From Cetorhinus maximus (lineage: Eukaryota), in contig NC_135898.1 in the NCBI RefSeq assembly GCF_964194155.1, positions 68,014,001 to 68,078,000 on the forward strand: a DNA stretch of 64,000 nt, written 5' to 3'. The translations under genes were made by a program, and so were the position numbers. Every line of letters begins with the position of its first letter. The stretch's first letter is position 1. Shown here piece by piece: positions 13,619 through 27,776 of this stretch. A model generated the notes under the pieces. It was not told the DNA's origin and ran no database searches. It saw nothing but the letters and a program-made list of their open reading frames with translations.

Positions 13619-13854
13619 TAAATGTTCAAACAACAACATTTTAGCGTATAATGACTGGAGCTATGGTACATGTAAAGGTACAGGTAATTGCTCAGCCTGC
13701 ACAACAGAAGGCACTGTTTGCAGAACCAATATTTAAATGATCTGTGAACTGACTTCAGCCCAATAAATTACTTGCCAGAACACCTCTCCATATTCGTACA
13801 GTTGGAACTGGAAGCAGTTTGGAAGATCAAAGTAGAGTTGCCAAGTACCAGGTG

Positions 13855-14955
13855 TCATCTGTGACTCAGTTGGTGGCAGTATTACTTCTTAGTCAGTGGA
13901 TTGTGGGTTCAAGTCCATGGACAAAACCGAGGCTGACATTTGCAGTGCAGTATTCAGGGAGTACTGCACTGTTGGAGGTGCTACCTTTCAAATGAGGCAT
14001 TAAACCGAGACTACGCCTACCCCTTCAGGTGGATGTGGCACTATTTTGAAGAAGAGCACGGGAGTTATTTCAGTGGCTTTGCCAATATTTATCCCTCAAC
14101 CAAAACCAATAAAAACAGGGTGGAATTTAGTGTAAGTGATGTGGGTTCAGCCAACTGGTGGGAGAATCAGTGGGAAACCTGTGCCACCTCTCCAAGGGCA
14201 CCAACGCTATTCAAGTGCAATCAAGCACTTAAGTGGGCAGGGTCAGGCCTCCCACATAATTAAGTACCTGATGGGGTGGAAATCCCGCCCCAAAAGATGC
14301 CGGCCAGAGGTGGGTGGCTGTACATTATAGGCAGTGTCACCGGGAGCAGTGGCTCCTGCCAGTAACATTGATTCCTGGTGAAAGTACATCACTGGATCCC
14401 TGGACACAAGCGAGTGTGGGCACATTAAGGATCACAGGGGGTGGGGCGGTCACTGGTGAAAGGGGCAAGGCATACAGATGCAAGGACAGGGGATAGCTTG
14501 CAGCAGGCTTCCTGATGCTGGATCCCTCGATCAAGCACTAAGTGCCGTTGAAAGAGGGTCCCCCTGGGACACCACTAGCAAACCTGACAGGGTTTGCTGG
14601 GCAGCCTTCAGGAGGCATGAGAGACCTGCATGTGTTTGAGAGAATTCGTGAGCCACTACTAAATCCCACTGGGCTCAGGGATCATTGAAGTGGCTCAATA
14701 ATAAGCCCAATTAGCCTGAAGAAGTGCTCTCCACGTTTGCCCATTCCCAACGCTGATGAAATGGGGGTCAGCTTTCTCAACAGCAGAAATGGGTCATGTG
14801 ACTTTCTCCGCGATGATGTGGACCCACCCACTCCATTAAATGCTAGTCATATTATCTGTGGGAGCTTGCTGTGCACAAATTGACTACATTTCAGAAGTAC
14901 TTCATTGGCCCCAGACCACTTTAAGACATCGTGAAAGATGCCTTATAAATTCCAG
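13855..14955 (+). mobile_element. DeuSINE (SacSINE1-like), split by a Harbinger-type MITE at ~14118-14840
   Basis: tRNA-derived head with A box gtgactcagttgg and B box gggttcaagtcc. The Deu core runs to ~14117 and resumes at ~14845 (tgtgggagcttgctgtgc...gtgaaagatgccttataaat). Confidence 0.8.
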
Positions 14956-15204
14956 AATTTTTTTCTTTCTTAAGCACAGCTCATAGTGCCACTATAACAT
15001 GAGAACAGTTGATTTTTTTTTGCAAATGTAATGTTAAATTTATACATGATCCATTATTTATCTCCAATGAAAAAGAGCAGTAATTTATATTGTGTGTTTA
15101 TCTCTTTTATTTTAAACCAAAATACCATAGTCATTTTCTGATTGTGGTTTTATTCTTCAACAGAAAATGGGTGTTATAACAAATCTTCAATACTTTCGTG
15201 CCCC

Positions 15205-15550
15205 TGGCCTAACCATCTTCAGTTGCTTCATTCATAAGGTCAGAAGTCCATCATAAGGTTAGAAGTGGGGATGTTCGCTGATGATTGCACAATGTTCAAC
15301 ACCATTTGCAAACTCCTCAGATGCTGAAGCAGTCCATGTCCAAATGCAGCAGGACCTGGTCAGCCCAAGGCTAAATGTTGTCAAGGGCAAGTAACATTCG
15401 TGCCACACAAATGCCAGGCAATGACCATCTCCAACAAGAGAGAATCTAACCATCGCCCCTTGACATGCAATGGCATTACCATCACTGAATCCCCCCACTA
15501 ACAACATACTGGAAGGTTACCATTAACCAGAAACTAGACTGAACTAGTAT
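15205..15550 (+). mobile_element. HER1-like CR1-clade LINE RT fragment
   Basis: Encodes EVGMFADDCTMFNTI...VHVQMQQDL; collinear with 51030-51280. Confidence 0.85.
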
Positions 15551-15589
15551 TCAGGTCCACTAATGAGTTCAATTGGTTTTGTAATGGCT

Positions 15590-16600
15590 TTAATAGGCCG
15601 TTGACAGGTCGGTGGGCGCGCATCGGACTCGGATGCATGCCCACCGAACTGACAATCTAAATGAGGCGGGGTGACATCGGGGCGCATGTCCGACATCACC
15701 CCGTGTCATTTTACGCGTTGGTGAGCAGGCCCCGCCCCCACTCGCTAACAGGAAGATGGTGGCCCAAGTGTTTTGATTACAGTCAACAAGCTGAACTGTT
15801 TCACACCAGTGACATTAAAGCTACTTCTTGTGGAGATCAAACACCATCCATACTATTATTTCCCAAATTCACATCTGTGATAAAATTAAGTTAACAGATA
15901 GGATAAAATGTTTGGTAACAATAAGACTGTTTCCTGCCCCACCACCTGAAGAGATGGCAGGGAATGCATTCCTGCTGATCACCACAGCACTGCAGCCATT
16001 TGCCACTCCAACAAGCATTAATTGGCTGGAGATGGGATTTCTGCCCTTCACTCAGGCAGACGTTTGGCCTCAGAGAGCTGCGGGACAATCTGATTGGCCA
16101 GCAGCTATGTAGTCCCAGCAGCTCCCAGGTTCCAAGTCCTCATGACCAGGACCAGCTAAGTGTGGGGTCTCACAGCAGGGAGGGGAGGTGAGGCCCAAAG
16201 GGTGGTAGGGAGAAGGAGTCTGGTCTTGATGGAGAAACCACGAGGGGAACGAGCACCTGCAGGGGCAGTCCTAGTAGGGTGCACCTGATGTGAAAAGGGG
16301 GCCCTTAAGGGAGGCATCTCTTACCTCCCACCCAAGGCCAAAGCAAGGTGACCTGCTGGACTTTCCCCCCCACCCCTGTACCCTCCCACCAGCCTTAAAA
16401 TTGAGCATGGGTGGGCAGAGGCCTTTAATGGGGGCAAGGGAGCACGGGCCAACCTAGGCCTCCTCCTCCCACCCCTGTGTAAAATTGCGGATAGGTTGGG
16501 GGCGGGAGGGAGGGTGGCAGGAAGGCCACCTGGGGAACTTCATGGGTCTCCCCCCACCCCATCTGCAAACCCACTGGCGGGAGAGTGTAAAATTCTGCCC
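15590..16600. mobile_element. Harbinger-derived MITE fragments ending in a TIR
   Basis: GC-rich subterminal repeats; right TIR gtaaaattctgccc at 16587-16600 followed by AAT-GTCTTC. Confidence 0.6.
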
Positions 16601-16830
16601 AATGTCTTCTAATTCCCACAGCCTAAGCACCAGCTGATGATTATTATATTCCAGTTACCAGAAAGAAGTGACAGAAGTAAGTGTGAAAGTAAACTTGTGG
16701 TAAGAGATCAATAATGCAGACCATGCAAACAGACTACATTGATTTTGAATCTCAAATTTTATCCATTCAAAAATGCTGACAAGAAGTTACAATGACAAGT
16801 TACCATAACCACCAAGTGAGTGTAGAACAG

Positions 16831-18191
16831 GGGCTGGATTTTACTCTTGGGAGCGTGTTTTGCGAGTTAGGCCATTTTGCAGCTGGCAAACTGAAATCCC
16901 AAATGATGTGTGACTTTTCCAGAGATTTTTGTCATTTCCCCACAGGGTTCGGGGTTTGCAGTGCAGTTTGAAAGCCATGAACCAGTGTGGGAAGAGTGCA
17001 AGTGCAGGGATTGGCTTGTGAGGATGTCTGCCTCAGTTCTCGGTGACAACAGCACTGCTCCTAATATTGTTTAAAGGTCCTCTAAACCTCAACCCCTCAT
17101 TCCCCCCAACCCCTCTGCTACTCCATGAGCCCTCCATGCACCCCATATGTATCCTCCATAGCCTCTCATCAATATCCACTATATACAGTCCTCAGATTCC
17201 ATGTAATATGAATGGAAAATATTTTATATTCCTTGGGGAAAAAAAACTCCCACTATCTAATAAAAGCCTCCATCAAACACACTAACATTGATACTGAGAA
17301 AAACACCTTGTAATACTTGTAATCCTATTAGCTTGTGTCAACAAACTAAAAACCACATCAAACACATTGCAATCTTGTAAAACTGTCATCCATTCTCAGA
17401 TGAATGGGAATACCTATTGTGCTGATACCCATTAGCACTCGAAACCTAACCATGCATTCATAATGGCCACAGTTGTCCAAACAATAATCTCTGGGAAGGA
17501 AACAACAGAAGATACTCATTTCAAAGCAGTGTACCTGTCAATCAATAGACAGAAGCAGATGGTTAGATTTTTTTCAAGTGCCAAAAGCAGGGCTTTTTAA
17601 AATCAGCCAGAGCATCATATTATGAAATATGATGGTACGGGCTGATAGGACATTTTGCAGCACATTTTTACTGCATTACGGTATTTTTAGAATTGGAAAA
17701 GTACAGTAATGCATGTAAACAATTACACAATGCTGGCCAACGTAATGATCAACTTACCTTTTGAGGATAGGTCCCTCTGATGAATCACTCCATTAAAATT
17801 GTATCTTCATTGCGACACCTTATCTAATAATGACATCTGAAGCTGTAAAAATATTTTATGCTTACCTTTCAGAGTGTTCCAGACTCCTCAATAGGCTTTC
17901 GGTTTTCTTCATGAACTCTCAAACCTGCCGTGCTTCTAATGAGCTTCAAAAACCCCACATCATGGAAATGGTGTGTGGGAGGAAATCCAATTTTCATCCC
18001 CCATTTAAAATGGGGAACCTGACCTCAGCAGGGGCGGGTGTGCGTTTTTCACACTAGGAATTCCTGACCTGTAGAAAGGCCAGAAGAAAATGGCGTGGGG
18101 TTGGGAATGCAGTGGAAAATCCCAAAAAAATTCAAAGTGTGGCCATTCGCGCATCGAAATGTGCCTCTGCACCCTAATGAAAATTTGACCC
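16831..18191. mobile_element. Non-autonomous Harbinger element
   Basis: TIRs gggctggatttt / aaaatttgaccc with a perfect TSD CAG/CAG. Confidence 0.7.
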
Positions 18192-20552
18192 CAGGATAGG
18201 GTGCGATATTAAAATATTAAAGAAAGACAGTTTCCAAAAATGTCACATTGCCTTGGACATAGGTATTTAGGTTTTTATGATGTGAACAGTCCCCAGCCAA
18301 GTTGATCAATTCATAAATAGAAAATAGCAAATAAAAAAGGAAGAAGAAACAAAGGACACAAATTAGCTTTGGTAATGGCTAGTAAACATAACCCTTATTT
18401 TCCAAAGAAATACTATTTAAAAAAGATATTTGCTATATTTAGCAATGCTCTCAGTTCATCAATATATTACACAGGAACAACAGCACTACTGAGCCAGGAA
18501 AATTAATCCTCACTCTACCTCTCTTACCTTACTGCGCTAACATATACAGCTGCCCAATCATTTTTTTTTATTATTTCCTTTATTCTATGCTCTCTTTACA
18601 CTAACAAGGGTGCCCATACTGGTGAAATTCTCATCTGGTCCATCTGCTCTCCTTATGGCTCAGTTCCAACCTGCCAGACTTCCCTAAGTACCAATGCACA
18701 TAAAGTCGGCATACCTTCTTTGAGTCATTTTGCGAACTGAACACTTGATTCTCTATGCACACATTGTTGACCATCCACTGTGTTTCTGATTTCTTAGCAT
18801 AGTCCGCCATTACCTTCCAACATTTTAAAGAGTCTGGAATAATGCATATTCGACAATGCTGACTATTTCAATGACTCTTATGCAGCTGTTCTATCAGTTT
18901 ACTTTGTATTCAGATGATATTACTACCAAAATTAAACCTATATAGAAATTGAAGTCGAAAAAACTGTAAATATTCTAAGAACAAAGAAAAATCCTGCACT
19001 TATGCACTATCAATAATTTATGTTATACCAGTAGGGGTCACTCATACAATAAATTTCTCTGATGCCCTCTCGCCCTTTTCAGAATATCCTCAATGCCCAT
19101 CACGAGTACACATTATGCAACTTTTTATTAAGCCAGCATTAATGAAACTTCACATAATTCACTTATTGGTAAAGCTGTAACAAACAAAAATGTAACGGAG
19201 TAAAAGAATAAATATTATTTATATATGCCTCACTGCTTGTATTTTGTGCTGCAGTAGAGTTTTTTAAAAAAGAAAATGACAATGTCTTTCATGAATTGAT
19301 GTTTGCCTATTGGCATTGTGTAATTATATTGGGTTAAATAAACAATTAAAAATTCAAAAGTACACTTAAGTGGGTTAAGTGCTGTGATTTCATATATCTT
19401 TCTGATTGCCTCACTTTGTGACACATTACAGTGAAATTATTATTTTTTGCACCAAAATATCACAAGTCAATTACTGAGCACTGCTGATGAAATAAAGTTG
19501 CCCAAAATAAACCTTTAGAATGTTTCTGTCTAATGACATCCTAATATTAATGTTACCCTTAAATCAAAAATGTATATTAAATCTCATGTACATTCCACCC
19601 TGCCATTTTAAAAATTACAGAGCCAACATGTCCCTTCTCATCTTTCAGCTTATTGAGTTTCTGAAGTTGCAAGTGAAATAAAAACAATGTTACTTTGATT
19701 CAGAACACAAGATTGAATAAGATGTCTGAATAAAGATGTGTATTATGACTTTCTTTAATATTTAAGTCAGACATTCATTGATTTGTTTCTTGTTTTCAGC
19801 AGACCTTGACACATGATAAAATAAATCATAAAAATAAAATGTGGTGGTAACATCGTTTATGGACTTCATATAGTCATCAATCTCTGGCTGTGAGTGAATT
19901 ACCACTGCAGCCAAAGATCTATGCTTCCTAGATTCCAATAGCATACTAGCAAGTTTTTTTTTCCCCACAGCTACTTCGAATGCTAGTGACTGATAAGTAT
20001 CATTATAGTTTTTTTGAGAGTCTGTTTTATAGGGTGCTGGGATGTGTTGGCATGCGTTTCCAAAGGGCAGGTTTCATCAAGCTCCTTTCAGGTTAAAGTC
20101 AACATGCAGGGAACATGAAAGTCACCACCTGCATGGTACTACAGTCACAGGCATGCCAATATTGTGGGAGGCCTTGTGCCATAATGCTAAAATTGACCTC
20201 AAAGGATTGAAAACATTATGTGTCCATTCAGCAATCTATCTCGAAGCAAAATTGATTGCCTGAAAAGAATTAATCTGACAAAGAGAACAACACCCCGAAG
20301 CAAAAACACCTCAAATATTCATAGAACCTAATCATACATTTTCTATCAGGTTTGTGGTACATTTCATGAAGTCCTAATTTCCTTCTGCATTTTAAAGCTC
20401 ACAAGCATCTACCAAGAATAAACACAAGAGGGAGAAAAGAATAAAAGGATGCTCTTATAGATGAAAAGCAATGGATGAAAGTTCATGTAGAGCATAAACA
20501 CCAACATGGATCAGTTGGGTCAAAGAGTCTGTTTCTGTGCTGCAAATTCCAG

Positions 20553-21296
20553 GACTTGGTTTCATTATCAGCGACAAAGCGAGGGCATTGCCTGACCTTG
20601 TCGAAAGCTGTTCATGAAGATCTAGCAAATTTTAAGACGTAGATTTCCGCTTTCCCAACATCACTTTTAATCTGGCACCAAATCAAATGGATCGCTAGGC
20701 ATCCAACAACAATGATGTCATCAAGCAGTGTAAGCAGCCAATCACAATGAAGTATTTTCACAACCAGCAAACCAGGCAGTCAAATACATTGATATCTATC
20801 CTTCACTTTTAATTAAGTTGCAGAGAATGAAATAAATGATTGGGATACACACAGGAGGTTAAGGTAGAAGCTGAATTAGCTCATTGACAAACTTTTTTAA
20901 AAATGAAAAAGGTGAGCCTTATTATAATGGATGAATTTGACATTCCACAAATATAAAATTAGTTTTCCAGGACCAGAGAGGTTTCTCAGCAGTAATTAAG
21001 AACTTAGTGCACTATTAAGAACCTAGTTATGCCTCATTCAACAGGTGTAAATTTTACACTGAGATTAATAGCATAAGAGGGCAAGTTTTCATTAGTTCAG
21101 TGATTTTTACTTGATTGCAGTTTGCGGGGACTTCAGTAGTGTGTCCTGTAGGGAAACATAGAATCACTGACAGTAACTTCAGGATTTTCACATTTAACTG
21201 TGTATGTGAGGATTCCAGAAGTTGCTGACAGTTTCAGAGCAGCAATGAGGTGAATGCTGACATTTTCACAGTCCTAAGTACAACAAAATCTGGGTC
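20553..21296. mobile_element. Probable Harbinger-type non-autonomous element inserted in a CR1 3' tail
   Basis: Ends gacttggtttc / aaaatctgggtc. Flanks form a split CR1 tail (gggtcaaagagtctgtttctgtgctg ... ctatgtgattctgtg). Confidence 0.45.
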
Positions 21297-21639
21297 TATG
21301 TGATTCTGTGCACTCCGAAAAATCTTGATTTAATATTTAAAAGACTATAAACATTGCAAATAATGTTTCTTATGCCAGAACTAATGAATCTGATACTTAT
21401 ATGAGCTTTATGTTAAATCTTGAACATAAGGAGTTGTCTGAATTTTGCTTTTCCAAGTTTCTGGGATCCAACATCAGTTTTGCTTAAAACACAGAGGTGA
21501 ACAGCAATTAAAAAAATGTCCTAACAAGTAGAAACAAAAAAATATTATCTGGATAAAATAGAATGTCAGGGATTACAATGTCAAGTTATGCAAGGCCAGA
21601 ATTGGGTTAGCTGTTAATTATAGTCAGGGAATCTCTTGC

Positions 21640-22635
21640 AATGGCTTCTCTTCCCAGTTCCACAGCGTTACGACTGGATCTCCTAAGGATTTATCCTTGA
21701 TCTCCTTCTATTTCTTATCTATATGCTGGTCCTCAGTGACATTGCCTGAAAACATGCCAGAGTCTATATCTCTCACCATCACCTCTCTCGACCCTTCCAG
21801 TGTCTGATTTGTCACACTATTTTTCTGAAACACTGTACTGAATGAGCAGAAATTTTCTATAACTAAGTATTGTGAAGGCCAAAACCATTGTCTTTGGTCC
21901 CGGTCATAAAATCCATTCCCCAGCCACCCCCTCCATTCCTCTTCCTGGCAATTGTCTGAGGCTGAACCAGATTATTTGCAACCTTGGTGTCAAATTTGAC
22001 TACATGACGATCTTTCTGCCACATATGCACTCTATTACCTCTGTAACATTGCCTAACTTCCTGCCTCAACTAACCTACTGCTGAAACCATCATCTATGCC
22101 TTTGTTACCTCTAGACTTGACAATTCCAATGTTCTCCCTGCCGCACTCCCGTCTTCTACTTTATATAAAGTTGAGCTTACCCAAATTACACTGCCTTTAT
22201 CCTAACTCACACAAGTCCCATTCACCCATCACCTGTGCTCACTAACCTACATTGATGCACAGTTCTCCACTGCCTCAATGTTAAAAGTCTCATTCATGTT
22301 TTCAAATCCCCCAATGGTCTTGCCCCTCACTACCTCTGTAATCTCCTCTAGCCTACAACCCTCCAAGATAGGTACACTCCTCTAATTTGGACTCCTTGAA
22401 CATCCCTGGTTTTAATCCCGCCACCATTGGCGACCATGCCTTCAGATGCATGGGAGGTAAGTTCTATATTTCCCTTCCTATATCTCTCCTCCTCTTTATC
22501 TATCTCACCTGTTTAAAACACACCTTTAAGCTTACAATTTTGACATAACTTTAGGTCGCCATTGGCTCAATACCAAATTGTGTTTGAAAACACTTCTATG
22601 AGCTAAAGGCACTATATAAATACAAAATGTTGTTG
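21640..22635 (+). mobile_element. L2-clade LINE 3' portion
   Basis: Decayed RT C-terminal motifs (KTKTIVFG-like, NLGVKFD, IYAFVTSRLDNSN) and the tail aaaggcactatataaatacaaaatgttgttg. Confidence 0.8.
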
Positions 22636-25600
22636 TGGAGTTGATCCTTTTCTCCAGTGTTATCAATTTATGCTTTATTTTTAAAAAAATTGTTTATTTA
22701 TTGGCTGAAAATCGCTGACTACGTTTTTAAAGGGCTAGAACAGCAAGCTGTTAAGACGGACAGCATCGAGTGATTTTCATAATTTCTGCACAGGCTTAGA
22801 ATTAACTCAAGTTTCCGGAAAGTTCTTAATTAAATGGCCCTAGTTGGGGTGCCCTCCTTTTATGGACGTACTGAGATGAAACTATCTGTGGAATTCACAT
22901 ATGCTCTTGTCTATGGATTTAGAAATATTCAAAATCCATGGACTCCTAGGTTCACTATCTCCAAACCCAAAACTTAATAAAGAGAGCTGCAGAGAAACCA
23001 GTTCACCATAAGTAGGTGTGAATAACCATCATGCATTCTACATTGTATAGCAATGGCTTATAACTTAAAATTATTTATGTGGACAATGGAAGTATTGATT
23101 AGGTGTTCACCTGGTCAAAATTGACTTCAGATAACAAATCTTTTACTTCAAGAACCAGAAAGAAACAAGCCAGTTTGTAAACAAAAGCACAGAAGATCCC
23201 TGTGTGGGTCTCTCTCATTCTCCACCTACTTTTACAAGCTTGAAGCCTGTCTGCTGTTTTTGATTATCTATGCAGGCAGAGATATTTTAAAAGAAATCAA
23301 CCCAGCAGCTGCTATCTCCAGAAAAAAAACAGTTAAATTGTAGTTAAAGTGCCTCGATGTTGAAAGTGCAATGAAAGCTACCTTTTCTTTTTTAAAAACT
23401 CAAGAAAGCTTGTTTGTTTGCATAATTTACAGTCACCACATATAAACAGTTAAACACTCACTGAACTGGCAAGCATATCATTTTTTAAAAAGTTGTTGCA
23501 GCCCAACGAGGAACTGGAAAAGAGGGGAGTCATTCCACCCCTCCTCAACTGATTGTGACACCAGAGTAGGCTTGTGCTGAATTGTTTTCCAAGAAAGGTG
23601 GATCAGTAACTAACTGGCGCAGAGGTCACCTCTGACAAAAGGTAGATGCTGTACACGCATTATTGAAGGCCAGGTTGTCTCCTCAACTGGTTTTGATTAC
23701 TAAAGGGGTGGGGGTGTCAGAGATTAATTTTCCAGATTTTTTACCTAATTTCTTTTTGCCTATCCCGCGAGGTTATATGGATTTAAGGTGGGATGGAATG
23801 TGTACATATAATGGTGCACAGGTCATTGCCGTTGTATGGGACAGGTTGGATAAACCAATGGGTCATTTTCCATCCGTCATTATTCATAAGTAAACACTTT
23901 GAAGTTACAGGAAAAATTTGTGGAAAAATACTTACATTTATTTGCCTGTAGAGTAAATATAGTAAATCCAGAGAGATTCCATTTAATTTGTGTGCACACC
24001 CACACTGTGATCTTCTGATTTAAACAAATGGAGTAATCACAATCCACTCTAGAATATGCATTGCACAATCCTGAAAGTCTGAACAATAAAACAGGAGGAA
24101 CACACTGTTAGTTCTAACTTTTAATTAAGTGATTAATCATGGCCTTATGATGCTTAAATTTTATTTTGTTATGGAGTATAAAAATGCCAAAATAATCCCC
24201 AAAGGTTCGTACCTCGTAATGTGGTTAATGTGAAGAGCCAATAGGCAGGATAAATGACTTAATGAACATTTTGTCTTAGGCTTGAGCAAGTTAGTAGCAA
24301 GACTTTTGGCTAAGAATTTGATTATGATCTATTGACTGAAAGGACTGCTGAAATTTTATTGATCAACTGGAGTTTTGTACACTGCACTAAGAGAAATATG
24401 TCAGCCGGATTCCAGTACAAACCAAATGACTTGAGTTGTACTGTCTACTAAACCAATGATCAAATATAGTGGGGGAAAAAGCTAAACAGGAAATTTGATA
24501 AGTGAAGGAAAAAATCATTCAACAAGCAATGCAATATTACAGCAACGAGTAAGTAATCTATCTTGTTATGTATCAATGTCCGAATACTATGACTAAAACT
24601 GACAATATTGTACTTTTCCAAGATCATAGAGAATATGGGGGTTAAATTGATCCATAGCACACCTAACTTCTGGGCAAAACTTTGGATTTGGGGAGACCAA
24701 TTTCTGAACACAATTTCCCAAATTGATAGTTGGTGACTTCCAATGGAACCGACATAAAGTGGACGTTAGTTGCCTTGAATATGCTATTAAGTGGCCTTTG
24801 CCTGTTTTGGAACCCCAATGCCAAACAGCCAATTGTAAATTATTAAGTAGGTGAACCTTCCAATAGCGTTTTTTTTTAACAAATGAATTAAGATGAATGA
24901 ATTGAATTATTCAAAGTGCTTTTCGAGAAACTTTTCGGTTCACAATTTTGCTCAGTAACTGAAATTTCTAATATTCAAAATAAGCATGTAAATAAAATAA
25001 CATTAAATATTTCACATTATCATGGTTAAATTAACCACTGAATAGTATCTTCTGTCATGAAAGTTATTTTGCTTGCAAGATGAGGCTCTCACAAAAATTT
25101 GCATTTGATATTTCTGTCCAGAACAATGACTCAGTGACTGTGTACTGTATACAATTTCTCAGGGTGCATCACTGGCATTTAGTTAGTCTAAATGATACAA
25201 AGCTTGTCTTTTTCAACAATATTTGTTTGATCACTTATTTCAAAATTATTTGGAAAAATTGCCATGTGATACATTACAAAAGCTTTAGTCAGGCGAAGTT
25301 TATTTTTGCAAAACTAAAACGAAAGCATAGATAGACCATATGAAAGAGGTGGAAGAAAAGAAAAGATTATTTCAAGTGTGACAGATTATACAATTGTTGT
25401 AGCCTTTGTTTATGTTCAAATTATGGAGAAAGAGCAAAACAACACAGACAGATGGGCAGGCAAGCACAGAAAGAGATACAATCAGGAACTAATCACAAAA
25501 TATGGAATTTAATGTTTGCAAAGGTATTTAGAAAACTAGGGTCATAACTCAGATCTTTCCAACTCCAGTGCCGTCAGGCTCATCCCTTTCCCTCCCTGCT

Positions 25601-26057
25601 ACCTGACACTAAATATAGCCCTGCCAACCAGCATGCCGGTTCCCTGGCTCTATTCCAGCTCTGGGCCAATTTTGCAGAGGTGGGATCAGAGGGCGTCGGG
25701 GCTACTCACCCGCATGCAGTGGGTAGCTGGTTAAGAGCCACTTAAAGGAGGCAGACTGGGATTTTCCAAGTCACCCACCAGGTTCCCACGGCCAGACATC
25801 AGCTTAGGTTTAGTTTACTGGTGGAATCTTTGGGCTGCATTTTCTGTCTGGGGAAGGGGGGAGGGGGAGCAGAGGTCGGAGCTGTTTCTGGTTGCTGAAT
25901 CGGACCCTAAAGGGAAATAGTCACTCGTTGTGATCTTCATGGGAGGACCCACTCAATTAGTTGGAGACAGGTGTGCAAGGTGGGTGGAGGGGCTCTTGAA
26001 CTTGGAGGACCAGTCAGAGGTCTTCTAGCTTGAAAGGAGGGAAATGGAGGGTAAATT

Positions 26058-26073
26058 AGAGAGAGAGAGAGAG
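26058..26073. repeat. (AG)n microsatellite
   Basis: agagagagagagagag. Confidence 0.85.
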
Positions 26074-26116
26074 CTTTAAAATGGAGGCATTATGAGAAAT
26101 GAATGTTTTTTAATAT

Positions 26117-27275
26117 TGTTATGACACAGCCGATGGTAAATGCTGAGTTTTCAAAACCCCAGAGGGAAAATTGAGACAACTGCCACAACTATTTTTTCAA
26201 TTTGTATAGTTCGAGATGCAGGCTTTGAATTCAGTAGAAATAAGACCACTGAGCCTTATAGTTATTTTACAAAACTAGATTAAACATTTAATAATAAGAG
26301 AAATGGTTTTAAGCACATACATATGTCTTCAAATTACTACTATAATAGCTTCTAAATCCCCTAATTAACGTGATTCCCAGTTACACTTTTCGTTTAGGCA
26401 ACAGTAAAACACATAGGGCAGGATTTTTCATCCTGCGGGCGGGCACACGCCCGATCTGAACAGGAGTGAAATAATGCCTCCCCATGTCATCGCGTAGTCT
26501 CATGATCTTTTGGTCATCGGGCACATGTGAATGGTGGCAGCGCAACTACTGACAATTAAGAGGCCTATTAAGGCCCTTAAGTAATTAATTAAGCTGCATT
26601 TTTCTCTGCCCTGTCAACTGTTCGGTTGGCGAGCAGGCAAATAGGCCAGGCGGCCTTTGCATTTTTAATGAAACCTCATCCACGGGCAGGATGAGGTCTC
26701 CAACGTTTACTAAAAAAGAAAATTTAACATCCTTTTTTACATGTCCCTCTTCATGTGGCTGAGTCACATGTGGGGGCATTTTTATCTTGTATGTAAAAGT
26801 TTGCCTGTGCCTTCAGGGAGATGTCAGTGCATGCTTCCCCACGCATGGGCACACTTCAGCACTCATGCTCCTCCCACCCCCACAGCACTGAGGCTCTTAG
26901 CGGGTGGTGGTGGGTCTCACAGCCATTCCTGGGCCCGTCCGCCGTGCCCACCCGATGAGGGGAAAATCCTGCCCATAGATTTTAAAAGACCCAGGCAAAG
27001 AAATATTTAACCCTGAAAAATCCAATTAGAGGACTGTTTGCTTAACTTCAGTTCTTTGTAAACAGCAGCTTGAGGCTTAGATGCTGGAGGCCTTTCACAC
27101 TGTTAGATCTCAGAATGCCTGCCTTTACACACAACCTTCTCTCTTTTATACATATTTTACTCTTTGAATGCAAATTCCCATTGTTTCACTATGTCTTTGG
27201 ACTTTACCTCCCCAATCATAAACATTTATCACAGTACCAATTTTACCAGTAATCTTTCGGAAAAGTAAACACACT
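26117..27275 (-). mobile_element. LTR-like fragment, interrupted by a MITE and truncated by a Harbinger element
   Basis: Minus strand ends ...ttccctctggg...ggctgtgtcataaCA, similar to the LTR-like ends at 31872 and 33609. Confidence 0.5.
26416..26974. mobile_element. Harbinger-derived MITE
   Basis: Perfect TIRs gggcaggatttt / aaaatcctgccc, TSD ATA/ATA, target aaaacac-ATA-gatttt. Confidence 0.9.
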
Positions 27276-27776
27276 GGGCAGAATTTTCCATTTGACATGC
27301 AAGGGTTGGGCCCCGCATGTTCACACGTAAAATGACGCGTGGTGACATCGGGCGAGCATCCCGACGTCAATACGTGCCATTGCGATAGTTTGCTGGGCAG
27401 GCGCGCCATGAAGTCTGACGCACGCCCGCCATTAATTAACAGGCCACTTAAGTCGCTTTAGTCTTCAATCGACGCCAATTTTTCGGCACCCATGCGATCT
27501 TCAAGTCGGCGCACGGGCGCAACAGGCAGGCGGGTAGAGGATATTTGTAATAACCTCATCCACGGGTGGGATAAAAGGGCTCAGTGGGGTCGTGAATTTG
27601 CTCTGTGAAGTATTTATTGGTGAAAGTTTTTCTGTGAAACGTGCCTGTGTGACCTGCAGTGCTTCAGAACGCATCCCAGCAGCTTTTTCTGGACTCTTAA
27701 CCTTCAGGGCAGCAACCTGCAGTGAGGAATCTTTTCTGGGCCTGCAGGTTTCAGGAAGCCTTCCCTTAGCCTGGAT

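Noticed and set aside
17755-17950. Minus-strand exon-like segments with GTAAG donors
   Set aside because: The 17758-17843 segment has stops in all three frames, and the region lies inside the Harbinger element 16831-18191.
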